Part shown: one piece after another, positions 29,326 through 39,130 of the stretch
Layout: each line of letters begins with the position of its first letter
Numbering within the stretch: the first letter of the stretch is position 1
Source of the DNA: Hyphomonas sp.
Lineage (GTDB): Bacteria > Pseudomonadota > Alphaproteobacteria > Caulobacterales > Hyphomonadaceae
Assembly: GCA_046293935.1 (NCBI GenBank)
Contig: JBKBJF010000001.1
Location: 58,279-122,278, forward strand
Length of the DNA stretch: 64,000 nucleotides
Reading direction: 5' to 3'
Notes under the pieces: generated by a model
The model's database searches: none
Seen by the model: only the letters and a program-made list of their open reading frames with translations
What the model was told of the DNA's origin: nothing
Program-made: the position numbers and the translations under genes

Positions 29326-30018
29326 ATGACGACGGCCGCCACGGCGGCAGGCCGCCTTCACCGCCTGCTCCTTCCCTCAGCCCTGATCCTTGCCACGTGC
29401 GGGATTGCGCTTGCCGCCTCGTCCACCGGGAACGCCAGCCCGCTGGAAGCTGCGGCCTTTGTGTCCGGCGCCATCTGTGTCTGGCTGGTGGTGCGCGAGA
29501 GCATCTGGAACTTCCCGCTCGGCCTGATCAACGTCGCCATCTCCGGCTGGATCTTCTACCAGCATCGTCTGTATGCGGATTCCGGCCTGCAGGTGGTCTA
29601 CTTTGCGCTGAATCTCGCCGGCTGGTATCTCTGGCTGTTCGGCGGCAAGGGGCGCACCGCCCTGAAAGTGCAACGCACCTCGCGTCTCGAACTCGTCCTC
29701 ACCGGCGGCTTCATCGCCAGCGCGACCGCGCTGCTCTGGTGGCTGCTCGACAAGGCGGGTGGCGCCGCAAAGTTCTGGGATGCGCTGACGACCTCGATCA
29801 GCCTGGCAGCCCAGTGGCTGCAGAGCCGCAAGAAACTCGAATGCTGGCACCTCTGGATTCTCGCGGATGTGCTGTATGTACCGCTGTATATATCCCGGGA
29901 GCTGTATCTCATTGCCCTGCTGTATGCCGTATTCCTCGCTCTGGCCGTCATGGGCCTTCTGGCCTGGCAAAAGTCGCTGAACCAATGGCAGCAGAACACC
30001 CCCTCCGCGTCGTCCTGA
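29326..30018 (+). CDS. pnuC: Nicotinamide riboside transporter PnuC
   Basis: WNFPLG, LYADSGLQ, WDALTT, AQWLQSRKKLECWHLWI. Confidence 0.9.
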   Translation: MTTAATAAGRLHRLLLPSALILATCGIALAASSTGNASPLEAAAFVSGAICVWLVVRESIWNFPLGLINVAISGWIFYQHRLYADSGLQVVYFALNLAGWYLWLFGGKGRTALKVQRTSRLELVLTGGFIASATALLWWLLDKAGGAAKFWDALTTSISLAAQWLQSRKKLECWHLWILADVLYVPLYISRELYLIALLYAVFLALAVMGLLAWQKSLNQWQQNTPSASS

Positions 30019-30560
30019 TCGGCGCCGAGTCGACCGGCAAGACGACGCTGTGCCAGCAGCTGGCGGCGCATTATGGCACCGTGTGGGTGCCCGAGTATGG
30101 CCGCGAACACTGGGAAAAAAAGATCGCCGCGCAGAACCTGACCAGCGGCGAAATCCCTTCGTGGACGGAGGATGAGTTCATCCATATTGCCGGGGAACAG
30201 CAGCGCCGCGAGGCTGAAGCCGCCATCCGCGCGCACCGGGTGCTGATCTGCGACACGAATGCGTTTGCCACCGGCACCTGGTATGAGCGCTATGCCGGGC
30301 GCCGCCACCCGAGCGTCGATGCGATCGGCGCGCGTGACCGGGTTGACCTCTACCTCATCACGGCGCCGGACGTGCCCTTCGTGCAGGACGGCGTGCGCGA
30401 CGGCGAGATGATCCGCGACTGGATGCATGGCCGCTTCGTCGAACTGATTGAAGCGGGCCGCACGCCCTTCGTTCTGATCACGGGCCCCTGGGAGACCCGG
30501 CTGGCGCAGACCATCGCCGCCATCGACCGGCTGCTGCAATCCTGCGGAGTGACACCATGA
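29985..30560 (+). CDS. NadR-like ribosylnicotinamide kinase domain protein
   Basis: GAESTGKTTL, VPEYGRE, LICDTN, PDVPFVQDGVRD. Start at the ATG at 29985; no NMNAT or HTH domain. Confidence 0.88.
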   Translation: MAAEHPLRVVLIGAESTGKTTLCQQLAAHYGTVWVPEYGREHWEKKIAAQNLTSGEIPSWTEDEFIHIAGEQQRREAEAAIRAHRVLICDTNAFATGTWYERYAGRRHPSVDAIGARDRVDLYLITAPDVPFVQDGVRDGEMIRDWMHGRFVELIEAGRTPFVLITGPWETRLAQTIAAIDRLLQSCGVTP

Positions 30561-31102
30561 GCCGTTTCCATATTCGCCGGGCCGGACCTGACGACGCCGA
30601 ACGCCTGAGCCATATCGGCGTTGCGACATTCATTGACAGCTACACGCACGACATACCGGGCGAAGCGATGGTCGCCCATTGCACCCGCCAGCATGCCCGG
30701 TCCGTATACGAAGCTTACCTCGCCGATCCGTCGGCGGCGCTGTGGCTGGCCGAACATGCCACGACCGGCGCACCAATCGGCTACGCCCTGAACTGCCCGC
30801 CGGACCTGCCGGTGGCGACAGAGCCGGGCGACCGGGAACTGAAGCGCATCTATGTGCTGTCCCGCTTTCATGGCAGTGGCGCCGGCGCCGCCCTGATGCA
30901 GGCCGCCCTGGACGAAGCCAGGGCGCGGGGCGCGCCACGCCTGCTGCTCGGCACCTATGAGAACAATCACCGCGCCGTGGCTTTCTACCGGAAGAACGGG
31001 TTCGACCTCATCGGCACACGGAAATTCCAGGTCGGCGACATCCTGTTCGATGATATCGTGATGGCCAGAAGGCTTCAGGCCTTGCGGGCACTGCGCACAT
31101 AG
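30557..31102 (+). CDS. GNAT N-acetyltransferase (PaiA-like)
   Basis: ELKRIYVLSRFHGSGAG, YENNHRAVAFYRKNGF. Confidence 0.9.
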   Translation: MSRFHIRRAGPDDAERLSHIGVATFIDSYTHDIPGEAMVAHCTRQHARSVYEAYLADPSAALWLAEHATTGAPIGYALNCPPDLPVATEPGDRELKRIYVLSRFHGSGAGAALMQAALDEARARGAPRLLLGTYENNHRAVAFYRKNGFDLIGTRKFQVGDILFDDIVMARRLQALRALRT

Positions 31103-32028
31103 CGCACGAGACCGTCCGTGGACGTCATCACCAGCGTATGTGTCAGCACGCGTCCCGCCTTGTGTGTGACGCCATCAAGAAGCGTGCCCTTGGTGACGCC
31201 GGTGGCGCAGAAGACCGTCTCCCCCGAAGCCAGCTCGTTAAGCGCATAGGTGCGGCCCAGGTCGGTGATGCCGACACGGGCAGCCCGCTTCTTCTCGTCC
31301 TCATTGCGGAACACCAGGCGGCCGAACATCTGACCCCCGACACATTTCAGCGCTGCCGCCGCCAGCACGCCTTCGGGCGCGCCGCCCTGACCGACATACA
31401 TGTCGATGCCGGTGGCCGGGTCGGTGGTAGCAATCACGCCGGCCACGTCGCCATCGGTAATCAGGGAGATGCGCGCTCCGGCTGAGCGCAGCGAGTCGAT
31501 GATCTCCTGGTGACGCGGGCGGTCGAGCACGCAGACGGTCATATCCTCGACGGGGCGGCCGGAGTGTTTTGCCAGTGCACGGATGTTATCGGCCGGCGAG
31601 GCATCGAGGCTGACGATACCCTCCGGATAGCCCGGGCCGATGGCGATCTTGTCCATGTAGGTGTCCGGCGCATGCAGCAGTCCGCCGCGCGGCGCAATCG
31701 CCAGCACCGCAAGCGCATTGGCCATGGCCTTAGCGGTCAGCGTGGTGCCTTCGAGCGGATCCAGCGCTATGTCGATCTCGGGGCCCTTGCCGGTGCCGAC
31801 TTCCTCGCCGATGAACAGCATCGGTGCTTCGTCACGCTCGCCCTCGCCGATGACGACCCGGCCCCGGAACTCGACCTCGTTGAAGGCCGAACGCATCGCG
31901 TCCACTGCGGCGGCATCGGCTTTCTTCTCGTCGCCCCGGCCGGCCAGCTTCGCGGCGGCGATCGCGGTCACCTCCGTCACACGCACCATTGCATCCGCAA
32001 GGCTCGGCGTGAGAACATTGTTTTTCAT
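31075..32028 (-). CDS. glpX: Fructose-1,6-bisphosphatase class II
   Basis: VIGEGERDEAPML, DPLEGT, PDTYMDK, LDRPRH, GGAPEGV. Confidence 0.97.
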   Translation of the reverse strand: MKNNVLTPSLADAMVRVTEVTAIAAAKLAGRGDEKKADAAAVDAMRSAFNEVEFRGRVVIGEGERDEAPMLFIGEEVGTGKGPEIDIALDPLEGTTLTAKAMANALAVLAIAPRGGLLHAPDTYMDKIAIGPGYPEGIVSLDASPADNIRALAKHSGRPVEDMTVCVLDRPRHQEIIDSLRSAGARISLITDGDVAGVIATTDPATGIDMYVGQGGAPEGVLAAAALKCVGGQMFGRLVFRNEDEKKRAARVGITDLGRTYALNELASGETVFCATGVTKGTLLDGVTHKAGRVLTHTLVMTSTDGLVRYVRSARKA

Positions 32029-32080
32029 GGGATTAACTCCAAAGACGGACAGTCGGGCTTGTTAACGCTTGGGTATGCAA

Positions 32081-33364
32081 TCAGCTTGCCGCCTCGATCC
32101 GGAACAGGCGGGGCGCCTCCACGGACACCGACAGTCCGGCAATCCGGTTAACAGCTGCCTGCATTTCGGCGCGGGCACAGCGATGGGTGACAACGGCAAC
32201 CGGGCTGGCGCCGCTCTCGTCGGCGGAATCCTGCAGCAGCTTGTCGACCGAGACGCCAGACTCGGCAAGGGCCTCGGTCAGCGCGGCCAGCGTGCCGGGC
32301 TTGTCTGCCAGCCGTACACGGAGGAAGAAGGGGGCGACCTCATTGACATCACCCTGGACGAACGGGCGGGCAACATGGTGCTGTGCCCGGCCGAAGGCAT
32401 TGCGGATGGCCGGCCGGAAAAGCTTGGCGATGTCGCCCATCACCGCGCTGGCCGTCGGGCCGGAGCCGGCGCCAGGGCCGGTAAGCACGACGGCACCCAG
32501 AGGGTCGCCCTCGACGCGGACGGAGTTCAGCGAGCCATCCACCCGCGCCAGCGGATGGGCATGCGGCAGGGCCATCGGCTCGACACGGCAGACGACGCCG
32601 TCTTTCGTGAGAACGCCTTCGGCGATCAGCTTGATGCGGAAGCCGAGCCGGTCTGCCAGGCGCAGGTCCATGAGGCCGATCTCCTCGATGCCGCGCAGGC
32701 TGACCTTGGAGAAATCGAGATCGGCAGAGAAGGCGATGGCCGACAGGATGGCGGCCTTGTGGGCCGCGTCCATGCCGGACACATCCAGCGTCGGATCGGC
32801 CTCGGCATAGCCGCGCTTCTGCGCTTCGGCGAGCACTTCGTCATAGGCCCGGCCGGTGTCCAGCATGGTGCTGGTGATGAAGTTGCAGGTGCCATTGAGG
32901 ATGCCGGAGACGCGGCGGACCTCGGTGCCGGCAAAGCTGTCGCGCAGGACACGGACGACCGGGATGCCGCCGGCGACGGCCGCCTCGAACAGCAGATCGA
33001 CATGCTTCTCCGCCGCCAGGGCCGCAAGGGCGGGGCCATGCTTGGCGATCAGCGCCTTGTTGGCAGTGACGACATGCTTGTCGGCTTTCAAGGCGCTCTC
33101 GACGGCGAACTTGGCCGGGCCGTCCGAGCCGCCGATCAGCTCGACGAACACGTCCACATTGGGATCTTCGGCCAGCGTTGCGGCATCGTCGAACCAGGCA
33201 TAGCCGTCGGTGTTCACGGGCCGGTTGCGGCTCTGCGACCGCGCGCTGACGCCGGTGATCTCCACGCGGCCCGGCAGGCGCAGGCGGTCCTGCCGCTGCA
33301 CCAGCTCGATCAGCCCGGCGCCGACATGGCCGAGCCCCGCAATCCCGATCCTCAACGCCCCCAT
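32081..33364 (-). CDS. hom: Homoserine dehydrogenase with ACT domain
   Basis: GLGHVG, VVTANKA, EAAVAGGIP, GILNGTCN, GYAEADP, GPGAG. Confidence 0.96.
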   Translation of the reverse strand: MGALRIGIAGLGHVGAGLIELVQRQDRLRLPGRVEITGVSARSQSRNRPVNTDGYAWFDDAATLAEDPNVDVFVELIGGSDGPAKFAVESALKADKHVVTANKALIAKHGPALAALAAEKHVDLLFEAAVAGGIPVVRVLRDSFAGTEVRRVSGILNGTCNFITSTMLDTGRAYDEVLAEAQKRGYAEADPTLDVSGMDAAHKAAILSAIAFSADLDFSKVSLRGIEEIGLMDLRLADRLGFRIKLIAEGVLTKDGVVCRVEPMALPHAHPLARVDGSLNSVRVEGDPLGAVVLTGPGAGSGPTASAVMGDIAKLFRPAIRNAFGRAQHHVARPFVQGDVNEVAPFFLRVRLADKPGTLAALTEALAESGVSVDKLLQDSADESGASPVAVVTHRCARAEMQAAVNRIAGLSVSVEAPRLFRIEAAS

Positions 33365-33448
33365 GGGGTCACCTCACGCAACCAGTTCCGCGGCGGCCAT
33401 AGCCGGTTTGGGCCGGGGGCGGAAGCCCCTGAGCGCCCAGCCGAAGAC

Positions 33449-33524
33449 GGCGCATTAGGCCAAAGGCCGTAATGCACCACTTGGACGGCACAACGGTGCA
33501 TTACCCTTCGCTAATGCACCCTAC
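33449..33524. repeat. Inverted REP-like doublet (REPIN/BIME-like)
   Basis: GGCGCATTA..TAATGCACC (33449-33478) and GGTGCATTA..TAATGCACC-CTAC (33495-33524). On the minus strand the second unit reads GTAG plus palindrome. Confidence 0.65.
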
Positions 33525-33543
33525 GATCACGCGTTTACAGGCT

Positions 33544-34752
33544 CTACTCTGCCGCGACCGGCTTGATTTCCTTGACGCCACGGGCGGCGAGGAACTTGCG
33601 GATGTTGCGGGCAGCCTGCCGGATACGCTGCTCGTTCTCGACGAGGGCTATCCGCACATAGTCATCGCCATGCTCGCCGAAGCCGGCGCCGGGGGCGACA
33701 GCGACATGCGCCTCATTGATCAGCTGCAGTGAAAATTCGAGGCTGCCGAGGTGGCGCAGCGGTTCCGGGATCGGGGCCCAGGCGAACATCGACGCCTTCG
33801 GGCTGGGCACCGGCCAGCCGGCCCGTGTGAAGCTCTCCACCAGCGCATCGCGCCGTGTACGGTAGATTTTCCGCGTCTCGGCCACGCAGTCCTGCGGGCC
33901 ATCCAGCGCGGCGACGGCAGCCACCTGGATCGGCGTGTAAGCCCCATAATCGAGATAGGATTTCACGCGGGCGAGCGCCGCGATCAGTTTCTCATTGCCG
34001 GCCACGAAGCCGATCCGCCATCCGGCCATCGAATAAGTCTTGGACATGGTGGTAAATTCCACCGCAATATCCTTCGCCCCATCGACCTGCAGGATCGAGG
34101 GCGTCGGCTCCTCGAAATAGATTTCGTTATAGGCGAGGTCCGACAGCACCCAGAGGTCGTGCTTCTTCGCGAAGGCCACGGCATCCTTGTAGAAGTCGAG
34201 ATCGCAGACGGCGGCCGTCGGGTTCGATGGGAAGCAGAGCACCATCGCCGTCGGCGGCGGCACGGAATACTTCACAGCGCGGCCGAGGTTTGACAGGTAT
34301 TGTTCCGGCGTATGCGCCGGCACGCCGCGGATCGAGGCGCCGGCAATGATGAAGCCGAAATGGTGCAGCGGATAGGACGGATCGGGCGCAAGGATCACAT
34401 CGCCCGGCGCGCTGATTGCCTGCGCGAGGTTGGCGAAACCTTCCTTCGAGCCAAGCGTGACGATGACCTCGCGGTCCTTGTCGAGGGAGACACCGAAGCG
34501 GCGGCGGTAATAATCCGTCAACGCACGGCGCAGGCCCGGAATCCCGCGCGAGGCGGAATAGCCGTTCACGTCCGGCTTGCGGGCGGTCTCCACCAGCTTG
34601 TCGACGATATGCTGCGGTGTTGGCAGGTCCGGGTTGCCCATGCCGAGATCGATGATGTCCGCGCCTTTTGCCCGGAGGGCCGCCTTGGTCCGGTTAACCT
34701 GTTCAAAGACATACGGCGGCAGGCGCCGGATCTTGTGAAAGTCGGTGTTCAT
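33544..34752 (-). CDS. alaC: Class I PLP aminotransferase (AlaC-like; often annotated LL-DAP aminotransferase)
   Basis: RLPPYVF, DLGMGNPD, LGSKEG, SDLAY, SKTYSMAGWRIG, KSYLDYG. Confidence 0.88.
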   Translation of the reverse strand: MNTDFHKIRRLPPYVFEQVNRTKAALRAKGADIIDLGMGNPDLPTPQHIVDKLVETARKPDVNGYSASRGIPGLRRALTDYYRRRFGVSLDKDREVIVTLGSKEGFANLAQAISAPGDVILAPDPSYPLHHFGFIIAGASIRGVPAHTPEQYLSNLGRAVKYSVPPPTAMVLCFPSNPTAAVCDLDFYKDAVAFAKKHDLWVLSDLAYNEIYFEEPTPSILQVDGAKDIAVEFTTMSKTYSMAGWRIGFVAGNEKLIAALARVKSYLDYGAYTPIQVAAVAALDGPQDCVAETRKIYRTRRDALVESFTRAGWPVPSPKASMFAWAPIPEPLRHLGSLEFSLQLINEAHVAVAPGAGFGEHGDDYVRIALVENEQRIRQAARNIRKFLAARGVKEIKPVAAE

Positions 34753-35174
34753 GGCTGGTACAGGCCTTCAGTGACGCGCGGCACGTTGAAACTGGCCCGG
34801 ATTGCCGCGATCTCGGACTCGCTGAGGAACTCCGCCTCCGGGAGCCCCGGTTCAAATTCGGCGCGCAGCCCTGCGGCCACCTCTGCGATCCGTTCCGCCG
34901 GGGCCACCTGCGCGCGCTCGGCCGTGTCGAACTCGCGCTGCAGGGCAGCCATCGCCTGACCGGAAACCGAAAGGGTCTGCGCCTGGCCCATGGTAGACCC
35001 GGGGTCTGGAATATCGGCGACATGGGGGTATCCTTCACCCCGGATCTGGACCCGGCGTTCGGCATACCAGTCGGGCGCTTCGTTAATGGCCGCGCGCACC
35101 TTGGTGAACGAGGACGCGCAGCCGGAGGCCAGCAAAAGCGGCACGCCGCAGAGGAGAATCGCCGTGTTTTTCAT
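34749..35174 (-). CDS. Hypothetical lipoprotein
   Basis: MKNTAILL...LASGC lipobox. ATGA overlap with the aminotransferase gene. Confidence 0.75.
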   Translation of the reverse strand: MKNTAILLCGVPLLLASGCASSFTKVRAAINEAPDWYAERRVQIRGEGYPHVADIPDPGSTMGQAQTLSVSGQAMAALQREFDTAERAQVAPAERIAEVAAGLRAEFEPGLPEAEFLSESEIAAIRASFNVPRVTEGLYQP

Positions 35175-35212
35175 GGTTAAGATCATTAAATCACAAACAT
35201 TGTGATGGATAG

Positions 35213-37084
35213 ATGAGCCCGAGAAACGGGGCAAAACCAAGACCGATGAGCAGCGCCAAGACACCGGCCGAAGAAACGGCACCGCTGGCCGCCCTGATGG
35301 CGACGCAGGACCCGATGAAATGGCAGGTCCTGGCGACCACGCTGGCGCTGGCCAATACGGAGTCCCAGGCGCTGCTGAGCGAGGTGATCACGGGCTCCGG
35401 CCCGCTCGGCACGATTGCCGACGGCGACCCGATGGGGGCGGTGGATGCCTTCCGCGAAGTCGGCCTTGGCCTGGCCCGCAATCCGATGGCCCTGATGCAG
35501 GCCAACATGGAGCTGATGCAGGGCTGGATGAAGCTGTGGCAGGAGATGGTGCTGGAATCCCTCTCGCCCGAGCCGCCGAAGGAAAAGGACAAGCGCTTCT
35601 CCGATCCGGAATGGCAGACGAACCCGGCCTTCAAATTCATCCGCAAGGCCTATGACGTGAACGCGACCTGGATGAACTCGCTGGCCGATCGGGCCGAGGG
35701 CCTGGATCCGGCCGTGCAGCTGCGCGCGAAATTTTTCACCCAGCTGCTTACCGACAGCCTGTCACCCACCAATTTCCTCGGCACCAATCCGCAGGCGCTT
35801 CGCGCCTTCATCGAGACCGGCGGCGAGAGCGTGCTGGCCGGCCTGCGCATGGCGCGCGAGGACGTGCGCAAGGGCAATGGCAAGCTCTACATCTCGCAGA
35901 CCGACGAGACACCGTTCGAGCTGGGCGTCAACATCGCCACTGCGCCCGGCGAAGTGGTGTTCCGCAATGACCTGATCGAACTGCTGCAGTTCGCGCCGAC
36001 CCAGGCGCAGGCCTATGCCCGGCCACTGCTGATCTTTCCGCCGTGGATCAACAAGTTCTATATCCTCGACCTGCAGGAAAAGAACTCGATGATCCGCTGG
36101 CTGGTCGACCGTGGGCTGACGGTCTTTGTCGTTTCCTGGCGCTCGGCCGACAAGGTGACCAAGGATTACGACTGGGACGACTATGTGAAGAAGGGCATCT
36201 ATGCCGCCGTGGAGGCTGCACTGCAGGCCTCCGGCGCCAAGACGCTCAACACGGTCGGCTATTGCATCGGCGGCACGCTGCTGACCTCGGCCCTCGCCCA
36301 CATGGCGGCGACCGGCTACGACAAGATTTCCTCGGCGACTTTCTTTGCCTCGCAGTCCGACTTTGAACTCGCGGGCGACCTGAAGGTGTTCACCGACGGG
36401 CCGGGCCGCAAGTATGTCTATGGCATCATCGATGAGCATGGCGGCATCATGCCCGGCAAGGAGATGTACGAGACATTCAACTGGCTGCGCCCCATCGACC
36501 TGGTGTGGCGTTATGTCGTGGACATGTACATGCTGGGCAAGCCGCCCCGCCCGTTCGACCTGCTCTACTGGAATGCCGACCAGACCAACATTCCCGGTCC
36601 TGTTCACAAGCGCTACCTGAAGGAATGCTATGCCGAAAACCAGCTTGCGCGCGGCGAATACACCGTCCTCGGAATAAAGGTTGACCCGAAGGCCATTACC
36701 ATCCCGGTGATGCTGCAGGCCTCGAAGGACGACCATATCGTGCCCTACGAGAGCGTGTTCCGCACTGCGAAACTGTTCGGCGGCGAAGCCTCGTTCGTGC
36801 TGTCGGGCTCGGGCCATATCGCCGGGGTGGTGAACCATCCGGATGCGAAGAAATACCAGCACTGGACCCGTCCTGGCCCGCTGTCGGCGCATGCCTCGGC
36901 GAAGGACTGGCTGGCCGGGGCGACCGAAACCCCCGGCAGCTGGTGGCCGACCTGGTGGGAGTGGCTGAAGCCGAAATCCGGGCGCAAGGTGCCGGCACCC
37001 CAGCCAAAGGACATGGGCCTTGGCCGCGCACCGGGCAGCTATGTGAAGGTGCGGCTGGCCGACATCCGGCTGCCGCCGGAATAA
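35213..37084 (+). CDS. phaC: Class I poly(R)-hydroxyalkanoate synthase
   Basis: PPWINKFYILDL, GYCIGG lipase box, DLLYWNAD, DHIVP, SGHIAG, GSWWPTW. Exact start uncertain. Confidence 0.96.
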   Translation: MSPRNGAKPRPMSSAKTPAEETAPLAALMATQDPMKWQVLATTLALANTESQALLSEVITGSGPLGTIADGDPMGAVDAFREVGLGLARNPMALMQANMELMQGWMKLWQEMVLESLSPEPPKEKDKRFSDPEWQTNPAFKFIRKAYDVNATWMNSLADRAEGLDPAVQLRAKFFTQLLTDSLSPTNFLGTNPQALRAFIETGGESVLAGLRMAREDVRKGNGKLYISQTDETPFELGVNIATAPGEVVFRNDLIELLQFAPTQAQAYARPLLIFPPWINKFYILDLQEKNSMIRWLVDRGLTVFVVSWRSADKVTKDYDWDDYVKKGIYAAVEAALQASGAKTLNTVGYCIGGTLLTSALAHMAATGYDKISSATFFASQSDFELAGDLKVFTDGPGRKYVYGIIDEHGGIMPGKEMYETFNWLRPIDLVWRYVVDMYMLGKPPRPFDLLYWNADQTNIPGPVHKRYLKECYAENQLARGEYTVLGIKVDPKAITIPVMLQASKDDHIVPYESVFRTAKLFGGEASFVLSGSGHIAGVVNHPDAKKYQHWTRPGPLSAHASAKDWLAGATETPGSWWPTWWEWLKPKSGRKVPAPQPKDMGLGRAPGSYVKVRLADIRLPPE

Positions 37085-37087
37085 GCG

Positions 37088-38023
37088 TCAGGCCTGGAGG
37101 CCGGCGTTTTCGTCCAGCCCCAGCGCGATGTTGAGGCTCTGCACCGCAGCGCCGGATGCGCCCTTGCCGAGATTGTCGAGGCGCGCGACCAGGCGCACCT
37201 CCTCGTCATGGCCGAACACATACAGCTCCAGCCGGTTGGTGCCATTGCAGCCTTCGGCGCCGAGCGTACGCATCCGGTCAGCGTCGGCCAGCGTTGTGAC
37301 CGTCACGAAGCGCTCACCGGCATAGGCAGCCTCGAGCACCTTGTGCACCTCCTTGCGCTTCACCTTCGAAGGCAGCGCGCGCAGCGGCAGCGGCACTTCA
37401 ATGATCATGCCCTGCGCGAAACGCCCGACGGAAGGGGCAAACACAGGCGCATGCGCAAGGCCTGTATGCTTCTTCATTTCCGGCAGGTGCTTGTGCGTCT
37501 GCGACAGGGCGTAGATGCGGTAATTGTCCTCGGTCTGGCGTTCCTCGAACTCCGCGATCATCGGCTTTCCGCCCCCGGAATATCCGGAAACGGCATTGAC
37601 CGTGACCGGCCAGGCTGCCGGGAGGAGTCCTGCGGCCACGAGCGGGCGCACGAGGGCGATAAAGCCTGTGGGGTAGCAGCCCGGATTGGATATCCGCTTG
37701 GCCGCGGCAATCGCCTTGCGCTGCCCCTTGTCCATCTCCGGAAAGCCATAGACCCAGCCGGGGGAGACGCGGTGTTCGGTCGAGGCATCAATGATGACCG
37801 TATTCGGATTGGTGACGAGGCTGACGGCAAGGCGCGCGGCCTCGTCGGGCAGGCAGAGGATCACGGCATCGCACCGGTTCATCAGGGCCGCGCGCGCGGC
37901 GGGATCCTTGCGCCGGGCCTCGTCGATGGAGACGAGATCGAGATCAGCCCGCGCCTTCAGGCGCTGCGCGATCTGCAGGCCGGTCGTGCCCGCTTCGCCA
38001 TCAATGAAGACTTTGGGTTTCAT
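37088..38023 (-). CDS. argC: N-acetyl-gamma-glutamyl-phosphate reductase
   Basis: [38 protein letters not shown]. Confidence 0.96.
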   Translation of the reverse strand: MKPKVFIDGEAGTTGLQIAQRLKARADLDLVSIDEARRKDPAARAALMNRCDAVILCLPDEAARLAVSLVTNPNTVIIDASTEHRVSPGWVYGFPEMDKGQRKAIAAAKRISNPGCYPTGFIALVRPLVAAGLLPAAWPVTVNAVSGYSGGGKPMIAEFEERQTEDNYRIYALSQTHKHLPEMKKHTGLAHAPVFAPSVGRFAQGMIIEVPLPLRALPSKVKRKEVHKVLEAAYAGERFVTVTTLADADRMRTLGAEGCNGTNRLELYVFGHDEEVRLVARLDNLGKGASGAAVQSLNIALGLDENAGLQA

Positions 38024-38079
38024 GCGTCGGGTCCTGCGTGAAAGATTAGTCCGTACACGGCAACATCAGGTTCAAGCCC

Positions 38080-38113
38080 AAACAAAACGGGCGCCCCGTT
38101 TCCGAAGCGCCCG
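38080..38113 (-). terminator. Intrinsic terminator of rplM-rpsI
   Basis: Minus strand: CGGGCGC...GCGCCCG stem followed by TTTTGTTT. Confidence 0.75.
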
Positions 38114-38140
38114 CCAGAAGACCGGATGAACCTCTGCGGT

Positions 38141-38623
38141 TCAGCGCTTCGAGAACTGGAAGCTGCGGCGGGCTTTCGCCTTGCCGTACTTCTTGCGCTC
38201 GACCACGCGCGGGTCGCGCGTCATGAAGCCGAACGGTTTCAGCACCGGCCGCAGGCCAGGCTCGAATGCCACAAGGGCGCGCGAGATGCCGTGGCGCACA
38301 GCGCCCGCCTGACCCATGAGACCCGAACCCTTCACCGTGGCAATCACGTCGTATTCCGTGGCCCGACCAGCTTCGATCAGCGGCTGGGCGATGACCATGC
38401 GTAGCACGGGGCGCGCGAAATAGGTCGACTGGTCACGGCCGTTGATGGTGATCTTGCCGGTGCCGCGCTTGATCCAGACGCGGGCGACAGCTTCCTTGCG
38501 GCGGCCGGTGCCGTAGGCACGGCCCTGTGCGTCAATCTTCGGCTCGGCCTTGGCGACCGGCCTGGCGGCCGGTGCGCCGGTCATGGCGCCGAGGTCTTTC
38601 AGGGACGAAGCAGTGTCGGTCAT
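38141..38623 (-). CDS. rpsI: 30S ribosomal protein S9
   Basis: [29 protein letters not shown]. Confidence 0.98.
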   Translation of the reverse strand: MTDTASSLKDLGAMTGAPAARPVAKAEPKIDAQGRAYGTGRRKEAVARVWIKRGTGKITINGRDQSTYFARPVLRMVIAQPLIEAGRATEYDVIATVKGSGLMGQAGAVRHGISRALVAFEPGLRPVLKPFGFMTRDPRVVERKKYGKAKARRSFQFSKR

Positions 38624-38628
38624 GGGGA

Positions 38629-39093
38629 TCAGGCCGTTTTCGAGTTCTTGCGGTTCATCGCCTTGAAGTCCACGACTTCCGGCGACTGGGCGGTGTGCGG
38701 GTGTTCGGCGCCGGCGTAGACGCGCAGTTTGCCGAACTGCTTGCGCGACATGGCGCTTTCACGCGGCATCATGCGCTTGACGGCTAGTTCAATGGCGCGC
38801 TCCGGGAAGCGGCCTTCGAGGATCTTGCCAGCGGTGGTCGACTTGATACCGCCCGGATAGCCGGTGTGGCGGTAGTAGACCTTGTCAGTCAGCTTGTTGC
38901 CCGTGAATTTCGCCTTCTCGGCGTTAATCACGACGACGTGATCACCGGTGTCGACATGCGGGGTAAAGTCAGGGCGGTGCTTGCCGCGAAGGCGCTTGGC
39001 GACGTAAGAAGCAAGCCGTCCGACGACGACATCAGTCGCGTCGATCACGACCCACTTGTTCTCTACGCCAACGGGTGCGTTATAGGTTTTCAT
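38629..39093 (-). CDS. rplM: 50S ribosomal protein L13
   Basis: [36 protein letters not shown]. Start at the ATG at 39093. Confidence 0.98.
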   Translation of the reverse strand: MKTYNAPVGVENKWVVIDATDVVVGRLASYVAKRLRGKHRPDFTPHVDTGDHVVVINAEKAKFTGNKLTDKVYYRHTGYPGGIKSTTAGKILEGRFPERAIELAVKRMMPRESAMSRKQFGKLRVYAGAEHPHTAQSPEVVDFKAMNRKNSKTA

Positions 39094-39130
39094 TGCTCTG
39101 CTCAGAGCCTCTGCTTTCGGAGTTCCAGGA

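Noticed and set aside
29397-29984. Apparent N-terminal domain of the NadR-like ORF
   Set aside because: Out-of-frame overlap with pnuC; no HIGH/NMNAT motif.
33449-33524. Possible mini-CRISPR array
   Set aside because: Repeats are 9 bp, inverted and palindromic, with short spacers; no cas genes.
35177-35189. TTAA-N5-TTAA near phaC, and isolated GTTAAC half-sites at about 32061, 45588 and 46259
   Set aside because: Wrong spacing or half-site only; not enough to call CtrA boxes.
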